From the IMG/VR virus record IMGVR_UViG_3300011008_000009, positions 1-64,000 of that record: 64,000 nt of DNA; one strand, written 5' to 3'. Every line of letters begins with the position of its first letter. Positions within the stretch are counted from its first letter, which is position 1. The stretch comes from a virus. This document shows, one piece after another, positions 48,424 through 58,253 of the stretch. The notes under the pieces were generated by a model. That model saw only the letters and a program-made list of their open reading frames with translations, was not told the DNA's origin and ran no database searches. The translations under genes were made by a program, and so were the position numbers.

Positions 48424-50054
48424 TCTATACTTTGCGGTTCAATAACTTCTCCGTCGTCTGTCAACTTAACATTATTAGTCTGTTCTAGAAGTTTCTTGGT
48501 ATACATTCTAGCTTCTGGCTCATATTGAGCTGCATTATTATATTCAAACTTATAGTTTATGACAGTGAAGTCGGGAACTTCTTCATATCGAGCATTGGTT
48601 ATAAACAAATCCCTTTTCTTTAAGGTTCCCAAATCGACGTAACTCCAAATTCTAACCTTAACATATTTACTACCACGATTCTTACATACATCCAATACTT
48701 GGTTCGGAGTAATCTTATATTTCTCTATTAAAGGAGCCAGAATTTCTAATTCATCTTGTGATATGGTCGCGCCTATTGCTCCGACATCAGCTTTATCCAG
48801 AATTGCTTTAGAACCTCTAATTAAAGACTGATCCTTAATCTCCTTTTTTCTACCTGCTTCAGAACTAACATCATTTAACTGAGTAGCTGTCATAACAAAA
48901 ATTTTGAGTTCAACGGCAAGGTTCTTCAAAGCCGTTGATAAGATATTTAAAATAACATCTTCTCTTATTTTCAAATCTCTGTACTCATTCAAAAGTCCAG
49001 GACCAGAAAAGATATAGTCATAAAAAAGATTTTCAATACCATCTTTAAAATAATGATATTTTACTTTAGCTCTAATCTGTTCTATTGTAGGGTCGGGCAT
49101 ATGAACTACTATAAGATTATCCTTATATTTTTTTATAACCTCTGCCGCAATTTTCAGTCTAGTCTTTATTTCATCACTATAATTTCCTTGAAGTATAATG
49201 TCTTCGTCCAAATCTGCTACATAAGCCAAAACCATAGTCTGAATTTCTTCCAGTTCCTGCTCTGTTGCAAAGTACAGACACTTTTCACTCATACCGGTGA
49301 CTTCCCACTCACCCTTAGCGCAATTGTAGACATAAGGGAAAGATAAATAGCAAACATCACCTATCATATTTCTTGTCTTACCAACGCCAGTTCCCATTGA
49401 ACGAACGTAGTATTTACTCTTACGGGCGCCACGAACAACTGTATTAAAGATATTTCCTTGTAATGGACTACCGACATCAGGGGTTGTGTTTAGGTTTTCA
49501 ATTAAATCACTAATTCCATCTGCAATAGAATAAGATTTGCTTTCTTGGCTAACCTTATACTTTTCTTCTAATACAGAAAGTTTTCCTGTAAAGTGATCTA
49601 TTATATCTTTAATACTTAATTCTTCGAACTTTTCGTTAATGGCTTGCGCACTATCCAATAACATATTCTCACAATAAATAGTGTTAGTTGGATATCCCAT
49701 TAACTTTAAATCTTGTATGAGTTTTAACTTCTTAAACTTATTATAGTAATAATCAAAGTTATCGACTTGAGCTAAATCCAAAGCGTCTTGCAAAAACGCT
49801 ATGCCTTTTTCTTTTTCAAAAATAGCATAACAGTTAGGTTTGTCGCTTAAGTAAGCATCTATATCTTGAGGAGATATGGTTTCGGCGCCGTTTATATATA
49901 GATTATAGATTGAAGCAAATATATACTTTTCAAAACTAGTACCAAAGTCTTCTGGCACTATATTATATTTATCGGTTTGAGCCATTAATGTCGGGTTTAG
50001 CATTAGGCTCCCAAATAATTGAATAATAATCTTTTTATCAATTAAAGAGTTCAA
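48405..50054 (-). CDS. dnaB: DnaB-type replicative helicase
   Basis: DnaB-like N-terminal domain. Walker A MGTGVGKT. RecA-like C-terminal domain. Confidence 0.8.
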   Translation of the reverse strand: MNSLIDKKIIIQLFGSLMLNPTLMAQTDKYNIVPEDFGTSFEKYIFASIYNLYINGAETISPQDIDAYLSDKPNCYAIFEKEKGIAFLQDALDLAQVDNFDYYYNKFKKLKLIQDLKLMGYPTNTIYCENMLLDSAQAINEKFEELSIKDIIDHFTGKLSVLEEKYKVSQESKSYSIADGISDLIENLNTTPDVGSPLQGNIFNTVVRGARKSKYYVRSMGTGVGKTRNMIGDVCYLSFPYVYNCAKGEWEVTGMSEKCLYFATEQELEEIQTMVLAYVADLDEDIILQGNYSDEIKTRLKIAAEVIKKYKDNLIVVHMPDPTIEQIRAKVKYHYFKDGIENLFYDYIFSGPGLLNEYRDLKIREDVILNILSTALKNLAVELKIFVMTATQLNDVSSEAGRKKEIKDQSLIRGSKAILDKADVGAIGATISQDELEILAPLIEKYKITPNQVLDVCKNRGSKYVKVRIWSYVDLGTLKKRDLFITNARYEEVPDFTVINYKFEYNNAAQYEPEARMYTKKLLEQTNNVKLTDDGEVIEPQSIDWSVLF

Positions 50055-50653
50055 ACCAAATCCTCCAAATTAATGTCTTTTTTCCGTCTACTCGGCGCCT
50101 TTTTGATAACAACTACCTTTTCTTCTTGACTTAATTGCTTTTCAATATTAACTAATACTCTATTCTGTACATTAGTTAAATTTGAGTAGTAGTTCTTTGC
50201 ATCATCATAAATGTAAGGAAGAATACCTATTCTATTTTGAGATTTTTCTACAGAACCTTTTTTGACCTCAAAATAATATTTGAGAGCATAATACATACTT
50301 TTATAAGAATAACCATTCTCTTCGTGAAAACGCTTAATCATTGCCGAGTTTGTAGGTCCGGGCGCCTTAAGGTGAAATATTTCGCAAATATAATCATTTA
50401 ATTCTTTTTTATCCAAATCTTCGGAGCTAATACAACTCTTGTGAATATATCCGTTAGATTTCTTAATATATTCATCTGTTAGCTTATTGATACCTTTTCT
50501 ACAAATCTGACAAATAACAGTATTCTTTTTGATTTGAAAATTATCTTCACATTGTTTATGAGCATAGCCATTACTAAGTTTGACGTAATCATCAACGCGT
50601 TTATCTACTTGCTGACCGCATCTACGACACTTTACTATATCCATAAAATTCAC
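50051..50653 (-). CDS. Hypothetical protein with a duplicated zinc-ribbon motif; candidate replication accessory or loader
   Basis: Two copies of C..C......D.Y.K.SNGY.HK.C. Stop and start overlap with dnaB (ATGA). The function is guessed from position only. Confidence 0.4.
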   Translation of the reverse strand: MNFMDIVKCRRCGQQVDKRVDDYVKLSNGYAHKQCEDNFQIKKNTVICQICRKGINKLTDEYIKKSNGYIHKSCISSEDLDKKELNDYICEIFHLKAPGPTNSAMIKRFHEENGYSYKSMYYALKYYFEVKKGSVEKSQNRIGILPYIYDDAKNYYSNLTNVQNRVLVNIEKQLSQEEKVVVIKKAPSRRKKDINLEDLV

Positions 50654-50669
50654 CCCAATTCTATAATAT

Positions 50670-50698
50670 AGTATATCATAACTTTAATAAAAAGTCAA
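50670..50698 (-). promoter_or_regulatory. sigmaA-type promoter
   Basis: TTGACT 50698-50693, 17 nt, TGaTATACT (50675-50670). Confidence 0.7.
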
Positions 50699-50699
50699 G

Positions 50700-51944
50700 T
50701 TATTCTATTTCGTCAAGGTAAGCAGAAGCCTGTGCCGTTAAACTTCTTTCTATATTGTTTAATCTTACCATACCAAAGATAGGCGAGAACTTATCACTAA
50801 AGCGCAGTTTAGTTAAAAGTCTTAATCCGCTTCTATCTCTAAAAGTATCGCTATCAGCTTGCTTAATATCTCCGTCAAAGAAGATACGAGTGCCTTCGCC
50901 GCAGCGCCCTATAAGTAGTTTAATATGTTTATCGGTTAGATTTTGAGCTTCGTTGACTATAATAATAGATCTATCAAAACTACGACCTCTAGCTATTGAA
51001 ATCGGTACTAACTCAATTTTTGATTCATCAACATAAGACTTAAGTCTATCGTATCCTATCAAATCTATCCAGCTACCTAAATGAATTAACTCTTTATCAA
51101 ACAGCTCACCAGGAAGGGCGCCGATATCACGAGTATCTTCATTGAAGCTATTGTTTGGCACATAAACAATTTTATTAATCTTACCCTTCTCTAACATTTC
51201 AAGGGCATAGTTCTTTAAGCAAAAAGTCTTTCCGGTGCCAAAAGGACCAGTAGCTAAAAGTATGGATATCTTTTCATCACGCAGTAGATTAAACAGCGCA
51301 ATCTGCTCGGGATTTCTTGGCTTAATACTATCATAAGGATTTTTAATTTGCTGTTGAGTTAGGCTAAGTGGAACTAAGCGATTGTTATTAAAACGATAAA
51401 TACTATGCAATCTCTCTAAATCTCGAATACTATTGTCCTTTTCTTTTAGGTCGTATTGCTTTCGGTATACGATTAAAAACTCATTCTCATACATTTCTTC
51501 TTCGGTCCAATCTGTTTTCTGAAGAAGATTATCTAATCCTACGTTGTAATCGTTCTCGTCAAAATCTAGGGTTATGGTTCTTACTCCACTGTAGTCGGTA
51601 GCAACTGTCTGATATTTCTGAATTTTTACTTGATAATAATCTGCGATAGCCCAGAACACTACATTGTTAGTAATTATAATTAAGTTTTCTCTTTCAGAAG
51701 TGCTACCTAAACTTTGTATATATTCGTCTATATCTTTCTTAGGAGAGAAAAATATATTTTTGTACACTTCTGTTACAACTCGTATAGCTCTTTCCGCCTT
51801 TATCTTGTTGATATTATCTCTATACCTATCATTTGCTAAGGCATAAACCCTATCCATATCTCTTGTTAAAATAGTGATATCGGTTAATTCCTTTAATATA
51901 GAGGGTTGATTCATCAATAAATCTAAAGTTACTAGATAATTCAT
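50700..51944 (-). CDS. phoH: PhoH-like ATPase
   Basis: Walker A GPFGTGKT, IIVNEAQN, FFDGDIKQAD. Confidence 0.8.
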   Translation of the reverse strand: MNYLVTLDLLMNQPSILKELTDITILTRDMDRVYALANDRYRDNINKIKAERAIRVVTEVYKNIFFSPKKDIDEYIQSLGSTSERENLIIITNNVVFWAIADYYQVKIQKYQTVATDYSGVRTITLDFDENDYNVGLDNLLQKTDWTEEEMYENEFLIVYRKQYDLKEKDNSIRDLERLHSIYRFNNNRLVPLSLTQQQIKNPYDSIKPRNPEQIALFNLLRDEKISILLATGPFGTGKTFCLKNYALEMLEKGKINKIVYVPNNSFNEDTRDIGALPGELFDKELIHLGSWIDLIGYDRLKSYVDESKIELVPISIARGRSFDRSIIIVNEAQNLTDKHIKLLIGRCGEGTRIFFDGDIKQADSDTFRDRSGLRLLTKLRFSDKFSPIFGMVRLNNIERSLTAQASAYLDEIE

Positions 51945-51961
51945 ACGAACTCCTTATTATA

Positions 51962-51990
51962 CAAGAATAAGGGGAGGCTTAGCTCCCCTT
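51962..51990 (-). terminator. Hairpin terminator spanning the stop of the ATPase gene
   Basis: GGGGAG / CTCCCC stem (51971-51988) followed by TTATTCTT on the minus strand. Confidence 0.5.
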
Positions 51991-52974
51991 GCTCATATTC
52001 TTCATAAAGTCTACAACCTGTTGAAGAATTTCAATTTTATCTTCTGATATTGCTGAGATTTTAGTATGGGCGCCGGGAGTTCCCATTAGTTCGTCCACTT
52101 TATCTAATATCTTTTGAGCGTTTTCTCCATTGGCATTGGTAAGGTCAAGCCAATCTTGTTTAGCTTCATCCATAAGGCTGCTGTAGCTAACCTTGAAATA
52201 TGGATTGTATTCATCAGAAGTTTGGTTCTCTATTGAACCACCAGTAGTAGCCGATATCTCCTTATCAATCGCGGAGTATATCGCATTTGCAACACTTTCG
52301 TAAGAGAAATCTACAACTGGCTCAATATATTTGAACCTCGATCCTGCCCAGAATCTATCATTACCTCTTAAATAAATCTTAACGTTTCTTTCGTCGGGAT
52401 TAACTGGAGGCAATTCTCGGATATAGCCTATAATATCCACCAACTTATTAACTATATCATAAGCTCTATTGGGCATCGCGGGAGCAAGTTGAAGAAACTC
52501 TTCTCCCTTTTCATTAGTAAGTTTCTTTTCGGTTGAATGGCTAGTAAATGCTAAGCCATATCCCATAAACGCAAGTTCGTTTAAGGCGCCCGAAAATTCT
52601 TTCTTTGCTAAATCATATCCCTGTCCATAAGGAATATCTCCAAGCTGACTAACGCCATTATTGGAGCAAATCTGCTTAATGCATAGTTCATAAGCCATAT
52701 CAGCAGTATCTATACCTATAACATCAAACTTCTCTTTTAGTGCGGGAAGTCGAAGCTGACTGATAGCGGCTTTAAAATCACTCCAAGTCTGAATAGGAAC
52801 TGCATATACATTGTTTAATGCGTTCGTGCCGGGTTCAAAACTTAATATGAGCGACTTGGGCATTTTACTTAGAAATTCAGTTTTTCCTACTTTGGGTAAG
52901 CCATACAATAGTATGAACTTACCCTTTAAATTCTTACTTATGCGAGTCGGCTCAAGATGTAATAAATCTATCAT
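51979..52974 (-). CDS. AAA_24 / Sak4-like RecA-fold ATPase
   Basis: Walker A YGLPKVGKT, Walker B VIGIDTAD. Size and context are typical of phage Sak4-like proteins. Confidence 0.6.
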   Translation of the reverse strand: MIDLLHLEPTRISKNLKGKFILLYGLPKVGKTEFLSKMPKSLILSFEPGTNALNNVYAVPIQTWSDFKAAISQLRLPALKEKFDVIGIDTADMAYELCIKQICSNNGVSQLGDIPYGQGYDLAKKEFSGALNELAFMGYGLAFTSHSTEKKLTNEKGEEFLQLAPAMPNRAYDIVNKLVDIIGYIRELPPVNPDERNVKIYLRGNDRFWAGSRFKYIEPVVDFSYESVANAIYSAIDKEISATTGGSIENQTSDEYNPYFKVSYSSLMDEAKQDWLDLTNANGENAQKILDKVDELMGTPGAHTKISAISEDKIEILQQVVDFMKNMSKGS

Positions 52975-52992
52975 TTAACCACCTCGCTGTTA

Positions 52993-53907
52993 TTAGAAAC
53001 CATAAGGATTGCTAGATTTTGTTGTAGTTGTAGTAGACTTCTTAGTCTTAGCCTTAGACTTGGCGCTCTCGATGATTTCATTTCTGAGCTTAAGACCCTT
53101 TTCTATCTCTTCCTTAGTGAACTTCTGCTCTTCGGGAAGGTCTTCTGTCTGAGAACCTATAATAAGCTCTCTGCAGTTAATGGTCTTAGTCTTTACAATC
53201 GGATCTCCAAAAGCAGTAGGTACTTCTATCTGTTCTGTCTTTACAGTAAATCTTACCTTACCACTTACCTGTACTGTATCACCGAGCTTCCAGTAAGTAC
53301 GAATGTAATCGATAGCGTTCTTGTTTTCCACAAAGAAGTCTATGGTATCCATTGTACCATTGTATCTACATATCATACCCTTAATCTTAAGGCGACCAGT
53401 AGAAATATTTTCCTTATCTACCTCATCTTCAATATTACCTACTACCATATCCACGAGGAACGTTGCTTCGGGAGTATAGTTGCCAGGGTTAGTGATGGAG
53501 TTAATAAAGTTTGCCTGAATACGCGGCGTGCAGAACACTCTTTCGCCGTCCATACTGTAAATGTTTTCAGTGATGTTAGCGGAGTTAATCATAACCTTTG
53601 TAGCCTTGCTTTCATCATCGCAAACAGCAAGACTAATATAGCTATCCATAGCTCTCTTCATAGACTCATAAGCCGGATTAGCCGCGCCTGTAGAAGTTGT
53701 TTCGGGAACCCAAGTGCTTACTGGGATTTCTTCAATTTCGTCCTTTCCACTAACGTTCTGAGGAACTCTAACCGTAAGAGTACCAGAAATGTAGTTAGTA
53801 TCTATTCCGTCCTTGTTCTTGTAAATACCTGACTTAAGGCTGTTCTCAACGAGTAGACCTATAATTTTAAGATTATTCTTAGACTGTTTTACATTATTAC
53901 TTGCCAT
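52993..53907 (-). CDS. Putative ssDNA-binding protein
   Basis: Sits next to the Sak4-like ATPase. Ser/Thr/Lys-rich tail ending in the aromatic NPYGF. No clear OB motif can be seen by eye. Confidence 0.3.
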   Translation of the reverse strand: MASNNVKQSKNNLKIIGLLVENSLKSGIYKNKDGIDTNYISGTLTVRVPQNVSGKDEIEEIPVSTWVPETTSTGAANPAYESMKRAMDSYISLAVCDDESKATKVMINSANITENIYSMDGERVFCTPRIQANFINSITNPGNYTPEATFLVDMVVGNIEDEVDKENISTGRLKIKGMICRYNGTMDTIDFFVENKNAIDYIRTYWKLGDTVQVSGKVRFTVKTEQIEVPTAFGDPIVKTKTINCRELIIGSQTEDLPEEQKFTKEEIEKGLKLRNEIIESAKSKAKTKKSTTTTTKSSNPYGF

Positions 53908-53953
53908 TTAATTTTCTCCTTTACATTAAATAAATAATTGAGCAGCCGATTAT

Positions 53954-53983
53954 AAAGGAGTTGATAAGACTACCAACTCCTTT
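53954..53983 (-). terminator. Bidirectional-looking hairpin after the wHTH gene
   Basis: AAAGGAGTTG / CAACTCCTTT, with A- and T-runs forming part of the stem. Confidence 0.5.
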
Positions 53984-54002
53984 TATTATCAACGTAATAA
54001 GA

Positions 54003-54263
54003 TTACTTCTCTTCCGTCTCTGCGTCAGGATCGAATGCCTTGCCATCATTTGTAAGAGAGATGTACTTAACGATCTTGCCCTTGCCGTCTTCGCCTACTG
54101 TAGTTTCCTCTCTACGAATAGCTCTGCCTTTCTTAACAAGCGCGTTTACAGAACCTGTTACTGCGTTTACAGATACGCCTAGAGCAGCGGAAATCTGCTG
54201 AGCTGTAAACTCCTTGTCGTTTTCCTTAAGGAAATCAAATATCTTTCTCGAATTTTCTGTCAT
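54003..54263 (-). CDS. Small winged-helix DNA-binding protein (86 aa)
   Basis: FTAQQISAALGVSVNAVTGSVNALVKKG is a helix-turn-helix followed by a wing. A palindromic site lies in its own leader. Confidence 0.65.
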   Translation of the reverse strand: MTENSRKIFDFLKENDKEFTAQQISAALGVSVNAVTGSVNALVKKGRAIRREETTVGEDGKGKIVKYISLTNDGKAFDPDAETEEK

Positions 54264-54311
54264 GGTGTTTTTCTCCTTGTTTTATAAAAATTTTAAAATA
54301 ATATATTTATA

Positions 54312-54327
54312 AATAGCGTTCGCTATT
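54312..54327. promoter_or_regulatory. 16-bp palindrome AATAGCGTTCGCTATT (candidate operator)
   Basis: A perfect palindrome between the -10 box (54348-54353) and the start codon of the wHTH gene. Confidence 0.55.
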
Positions 54328-54347
54328 CATATCTTGATTGTATTATA

Positions 54348-54376
54348 ATTATAACATAACTTTTGATTTTTGTCAA
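54348..54376 (-). promoter_or_regulatory. sigmaA-type promoter of the wHTH gene
   Basis: TTGACA 54376-54371, 17 nt, TGtTATAAT (54353-54348). Confidence 0.75.
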
Positions 54377-54387
54377 ATGTTTGCAAG

Positions 54388-54726
54388 TCAATTTTCTGAC
54401 TGAATGTTAGCTATAATTATTTTTCCTCTTTCTGCCGCCGCTTTGTATGCTTCTGAAAGATAATCCATAAGCACTACTGATGTGGCAAGTGCGCCAACAG
54501 CAACACTTTGGCTTTCTTTATCTAGCTCTTTTTTAGACTTTAGCATAATTAGAGCTTCATTAAGACGAAAAATATTGTCACAGATTTCTTTGTATTTCTG
54601 CCCATCAATTATTTTGCCTTTATTAGCTTCTAAATCCATTAAATCTCTGGAATTGCTGAGCATATCAATGGTTGCATTTATGGCAGATATAAATTCCTGT
54701 TTGTGTCGCGTAAACATCTCGTCCAT
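54388..54726 (-). CDS. Hypothetical protein (112 aa)
   Basis: Start moved from GTG 54735 to ATG 54726 behind AAGGTGA. Confidence 0.5.
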   Translation of the reverse strand: MDEMFTRHKQEFISAINATIDMLSNSRDLMDLEANKGKIIDGQKYKEICDNIFRLNEALIMLKSKKELDKESQSVAVGALATSVVLMDYLSEAYKAAAERGKIIIANIQSEN

Positions 54727-54731
54727 TGGTA

Positions 54732-54845
54732 TCACCTTATCCTTGTAACCTTTATGGGGTAGTAGAAAATACTCTTACTTGTTATCCTAACTACGACTGT
54801 TTTCTTCAAAACTTCCTTTGCAGTTGCGGTATAAATTATTCTCAT
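54732..54845 (-). CDS. Possible 37-aa leader ORF
   Basis: ATG 54845 lies behind GAAAGGGGA and directly after the promoter. TGA 54732 lies 6 nt before the next start. Below the ORF-track size cutoff. Confidence 0.25.
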   Translation of the reverse strand: MRIIYTATAKEVLKKTVVVRITSKSIFYYPIKVTRIR

Positions 54846-54875
54846 AATCATTTCCCCTTTCGATTTACTATAATA

Positions 54876-54904
54876 ATTATACCACAACTTTCAATGAAAG
54901 TCAA
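54876..54904 (-). promoter_or_regulatory. sigmaA-type promoter
   Basis: TTGACT 54904-54899, 17 nt, TGgTATAAT (54881-54876). Confidence 0.75.
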
Positions 54905-54915
54905 ATGTTTAGTAG

Positions 54916-57276
54916 TTATTCTATGCTACGAATTAATTTTCGTATCTTGTCGGTTTCGTCTATCTTCATACTATGCGTACCCTTTGTTGTTCGTGAAGAT
55001 AGCTGAATTTCATTGGTAGAAAATTTAATAATATTTCTACTTGAAAGAACCAAAATATCCTTATCACTACCAAGAGGAAGTACCGCCGCCAAATAATCAT
55101 CATCAGATATCTTTTGTACTGCCGATCCCTTAGTATAACGATTACATAACGGATACTCTTCTATATTAGTCTTTTTGATATAGCCCTGCTCGGTTACTGT
55201 TGCGAGATATTGAGCATCTGATGCTATTTTCGCGCCAGAAATTACATAATCATCTTTATTGAGTTTAATACCAATTACGCCTTGAGTTACTCTACCAGTG
55301 GCAGGAATGTCGGTAGTATTTATTGTTATACCCAAACCTTCGTGTGTAGCGATTACATAATTCTCGTCGTTTATGAAACTAATATCTACTATTTCATCAT
55401 TATCTTTGAGTTTGATACCCTGAATGCCAGTAGACCTTTTAGTTTTATATTCTGATATTAAAGTTTTCTTTATCATCCCCAGCTTAGTAAGGAAGAAGAT
55501 GTACTTAAAGCTATCAGTTTTGTTATATGCCATCGCGCCGACTAGATGCTCGTCAATGGGAATATCAAATGTTCCGTATATATTAGTAGTTTCTCCTATT
55601 GTGAGATCTGATAAATTAATATTGTAAACCTTGCCCTTATCAGAAACCAGTAACATAGAGCCTAAGTTTGTATCGTTGATTGTTGCAATTACATACTCAT
55701 CGGCGCCGAGTTTTAGCTTATTACCCTTTCCGCCCCTGCGCTGACTAAGTAGAGTAGTAGACTCACTTGTATAGATGTTACCTTTGTTAGTAACGTGAGC
55801 AATAAGAGTTACTTCTTCGATTATTTCATCTTCATTGTCTGACGAAAGATTTAATACCTGAGTCCTTCTTGCGTCGCCATACTTATCTCTTACAGTGATT
55901 AAATCCTTTTCTATTTCTTTCTTTAAAAGAGTTTCGTTAGAAAGAATTTTTTCAATCTCTGCTATTTGAGAAAGAAGTTTAACTTTCTCCTGCTTATACT
56001 TTTCAACTTCCATATGAGTAAGTCTAGCAAGTTTTATTTCAAGTATCGCAGTAGCTTGTGTTTCAGTAAGTAAAAAATTCTTCTGTAACTCAATATTTGC
56101 TATTGTCGCGCTAGTTGAAGACTTTATAGTATTAACTACTTCGTCAATATGAGCCAAAGCAATTATAATACCTTCAACTATATGGAGTCGCGCCTTGAGC
56201 TTATTGAGTTCAAAATTAAATACGTTAGTATAGACATTAATTTGGTGAGTTAGATAAGCCTGAAGTGCTTCTTTCCAAGTGAATGTTCGAGGATATCTAC
56301 CGTCTTCAAGCATAGTAAAATTAATGCCATAATATGATTGAAGAGAAGTATTCTTGTAAAGATACTTAATTACCTTATCGGGATTACCTCTACGATTAAG
56401 ATAAATCTTTATCAACGGATTTTCACCAGTAAGGTCATTATATCTTTCTATACCACAATCTGGCTCTTCATCGAGTATCTTATCAAGTTCTCCACATATA
56501 GTATTAGTGTAAACGCCATAAGGTATTTCTGTCACTACAAGCGTGCGCTCTTTTTCATCATACGATACAACCGAACGCAATTTACAAGCCTTGCCAGTAC
56601 CATTTTTAAGACTTTCTTTTACTTCACTTTCGTTTAGAAGTAAACCACCAGTCGCAAAATCGGGGCAACAATAAATATCTTCAAAAGGTATATCGGAGTT
56701 CCACAGTAATTTAATCAATGCATTGTTTACATCGGTTAGATTGAACTGAGGTATAGAACTTGCGGCGCCGACACCTATACCCATTGTGCCATTAACGATA
56801 TTGTAGTATCCTTTAGTCGGTAATACGGCAGGATACTGCTTTTCATTACTATAGTTGTCGCGCCATTCTGTAATAGCCTGTTTGTTTATATCTTTAAACA
56901 ATAAGCCCGAAATTTCAGAAAGTTTACTCTCGGTATAACGCGAAGCCGCCCAGTTACCACTTGCTATTAATGTACCACAGTTACCTTTTATGGCAACCAA
57001 AGGATATCTCATAGCAAAATGCTGCCCTGCTCTCATTATTACGCCTTCGCAAGATGCATCACCGTGAATGTAATAATCTGCCATAGCTAAACCGACAGCA
57101 TTCGCAGTTTTCTTAAACTTATTGTCATAAGTAAGTTTATTTTGCAACATTGAATAAAATATTTGTCTAGCCGATGGCTTAATACAATCACGAACATCTA
57201 CGAGCGCACGGCTTTGCAGCACAGCTCCAGCGTATTGACTAAACGACTGTTCTATTATTGTTTTAAGTTCGCTCAT
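54916..57276 (-). CDS. Type IIA DNA topoisomerase subunit A (GyrA/ParC-like)
   Basis: 786 aa. Catalytic-tyrosine context NWAASRYTESKL. HGDASCEGVIMRAGQHFAMRYPL. C-terminal beta-pinwheel-like repeats. Confidence 0.9.
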   Translation of the reverse strand: MSELKTIIEQSFSQYAGAVLQSRALVDVRDCIKPSARQIFYSMLQNKLTYDNKFKKTANAVGLAMADYYIHGDASCEGVIMRAGQHFAMRYPLVAIKGNCGTLIASGNWAASRYTESKLSEISGLLFKDINKQAITEWRDNYSNEKQYPAVLPTKGYYNIVNGTMGIGVGAASSIPQFNLTDVNNALIKLLWNSDIPFEDIYCCPDFATGGLLLNESEVKESLKNGTGKACKLRSVVSYDEKERTLVVTEIPYGVYTNTICGELDKILDEEPDCGIERYNDLTGENPLIKIYLNRRGNPDKVIKYLYKNTSLQSYYGINFTMLEDGRYPRTFTWKEALQAYLTHQINVYTNVFNFELNKLKARLHIVEGIIIALAHIDEVVNTIKSSTSATIANIELQKNFLLTETQATAILEIKLARLTHMEVEKYKQEKVKLLSQIAEIEKILSNETLLKKEIEKDLITVRDKYGDARRTQVLNLSSDNEDEIIEEVTLIAHVTNKGNIYTSESTTLLSQRRGGKGNKLKLGADEYVIATINDTNLGSMLLVSDKGKVYNINLSDLTIGETTNIYGTFDIPIDEHLVGAMAYNKTDSFKYIFFLTKLGMIKKTLISEYKTKRSTGIQGIKLKDNDEIVDISFINDENYVIATHEGLGITINTTDIPATGRVTQGVIGIKLNKDDYVISGAKIASDAQYLATVTEQGYIKKTNIEEYPLCNRYTKGSAVQKISDDDYLAAVLPLGSDKDILVLSSRNIIKFSTNEIQLSSRTTKGTHSMKIDETDKIRKLIRSIE

Positions 57277-57301
57277 TTATTCACATCCTTTCTATAATAG
57301 T

Positions 57302-57330
57302 ATTATATCATAATTTTAGGTAAAAGTCAA
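57302..57330 (-). promoter_or_regulatory. sigmaA-type promoter of the topoisomerase A gene
   Basis: TTGACT 57330-57325, 17 nt, TGaTATAAT (57307-57302). Confidence 0.8.
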
Positions 57331-57629
57331 TCATTTACGGGTTCAAAATATTTTTCTATTTCATTTCTATAAAATGGTACAAAAGCACCGCCTACTAATA
57401 GATACCAGCTATGTCGAGAAGGAATATCATAATTTATTTTTGTGATAGTACCAGCTGGAATATAGTTATTAGCCCAGGTTCCACCTACTTTGGCTCTTAC
57501 TAGTCGAACATTAAGAGACTTGGGCGGACTAGCAACGCCACCTATGCAGCGTGCTATCACTTCTCCCTCGGCATCGAAAAGAACTCCGCTTTCAATGCGA
57601 TATTGTCCATTTTCTTCAAATGCATTCAT
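57327..57629 (-). CDS. Hypothetical protein (100 aa)
   Basis: ORF with SD (TAGGAG). Confidence 0.5.
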   Translation of the reverse strand: MNAFEENGQYRIESGVLFDAEGEVIARCIGGVASPPKSLNVRLVRAKVGGTWANNYIPAGTITKINYDIPSRHSWYLLVGGAFVPFYRNEIEKYFEPVND

Positions 57630-57639
57630 TATATTACTC

Positions 57640-57870
57640 CTAATCTAGAGGTGTTTCGTCTTTAGGCTCAATTTGTTCAAAAATTATATAACTTGAATAT
57701 GGATATTTTGAAACCATTCCATTAATTCTCGTAATAATTATTTCATAATTCTCTACATTGTTCCTAGGACTAGCAAAAGGTAAAGATACTTCTTTTACCT
57801 CATATTTCAGAGCGTGGTTTATAATCTCATAGCTGTGACTATGAACATTCATTACTAAATAGGTTTTCAT
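57640..57870 (-). CDS. Hypothetical protein (76 aa)
   Basis: ORF with SD (GAGG). Confidence 0.45.
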   Translation of the reverse strand: MKTYLVMNVHSHSYEIINHALKYEVKEVSLPFASPRNNVENYEIIITRINGMVSKYPYSSYIIFEQIEPKDETPLD

Positions 57871-57877
57871 AATTACC

Positions 57878-58069
57878 TCATAAGGTTTTTAATACTACTA
57901 CTTGATGTTTACAAATCGGACATTTAATATAATATAAAGTACTCGGAAAAGAGGACATTGAACTTTCAGTGTCTCTCTTCTTTACATCTTCTTTCCAATT
58001 ATAAGAAAGTAAACTTTTACAAATTTTACATTCAACAAACCTGTCAGGTTCTTTAGTTACTATAATCAT
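57878..58069 (-). CDS. Small zinc-ribbon protein (63 aa)
   Basis: CKICKS ... CPICKH. The start lies 2 nt after the topoisomerase exon 3 stop. Confidence 0.45.
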   Translation of the reverse strand: MIIVTKEPDRFVECKICKSLLSYNWKEDVKKRDTESSMSSFPSTLYYIKCPICKHQVVVLKTL

Positions 58070-58071
58070 AA

Positions 58072-58253
58072 TTATTCCTTTATTTCTGAAAAGTCAATAT
58101 TATTAAACACGTATTCAGTTCTCGGTTCTACTCTACTGCCCATTAGCTGTTCAAGCATTTCAATACCTTCTTCCGAATACTCAATACGTTCAAGACGCTG
58201 ATATTCAGGACTAAACATTGATTTTCGCGCCGTTGCGGCAGGCAATTCACCTA
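58072..58253 (-). CDS. Type IIA topoisomerase subunit B (GyrB/ParE-like), exon 3 of 3
   Basis: Not in the ORF track because it has no ATG. Reads (L)GELPAATARKSMFSPEYQRLERIEYSEEGIEMLEQLMGSRVEPRTEYVFNNIDFSEIKE*, equivalent to the KGLGEM ... LMG..V..R motif. Confidence 0.8.
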
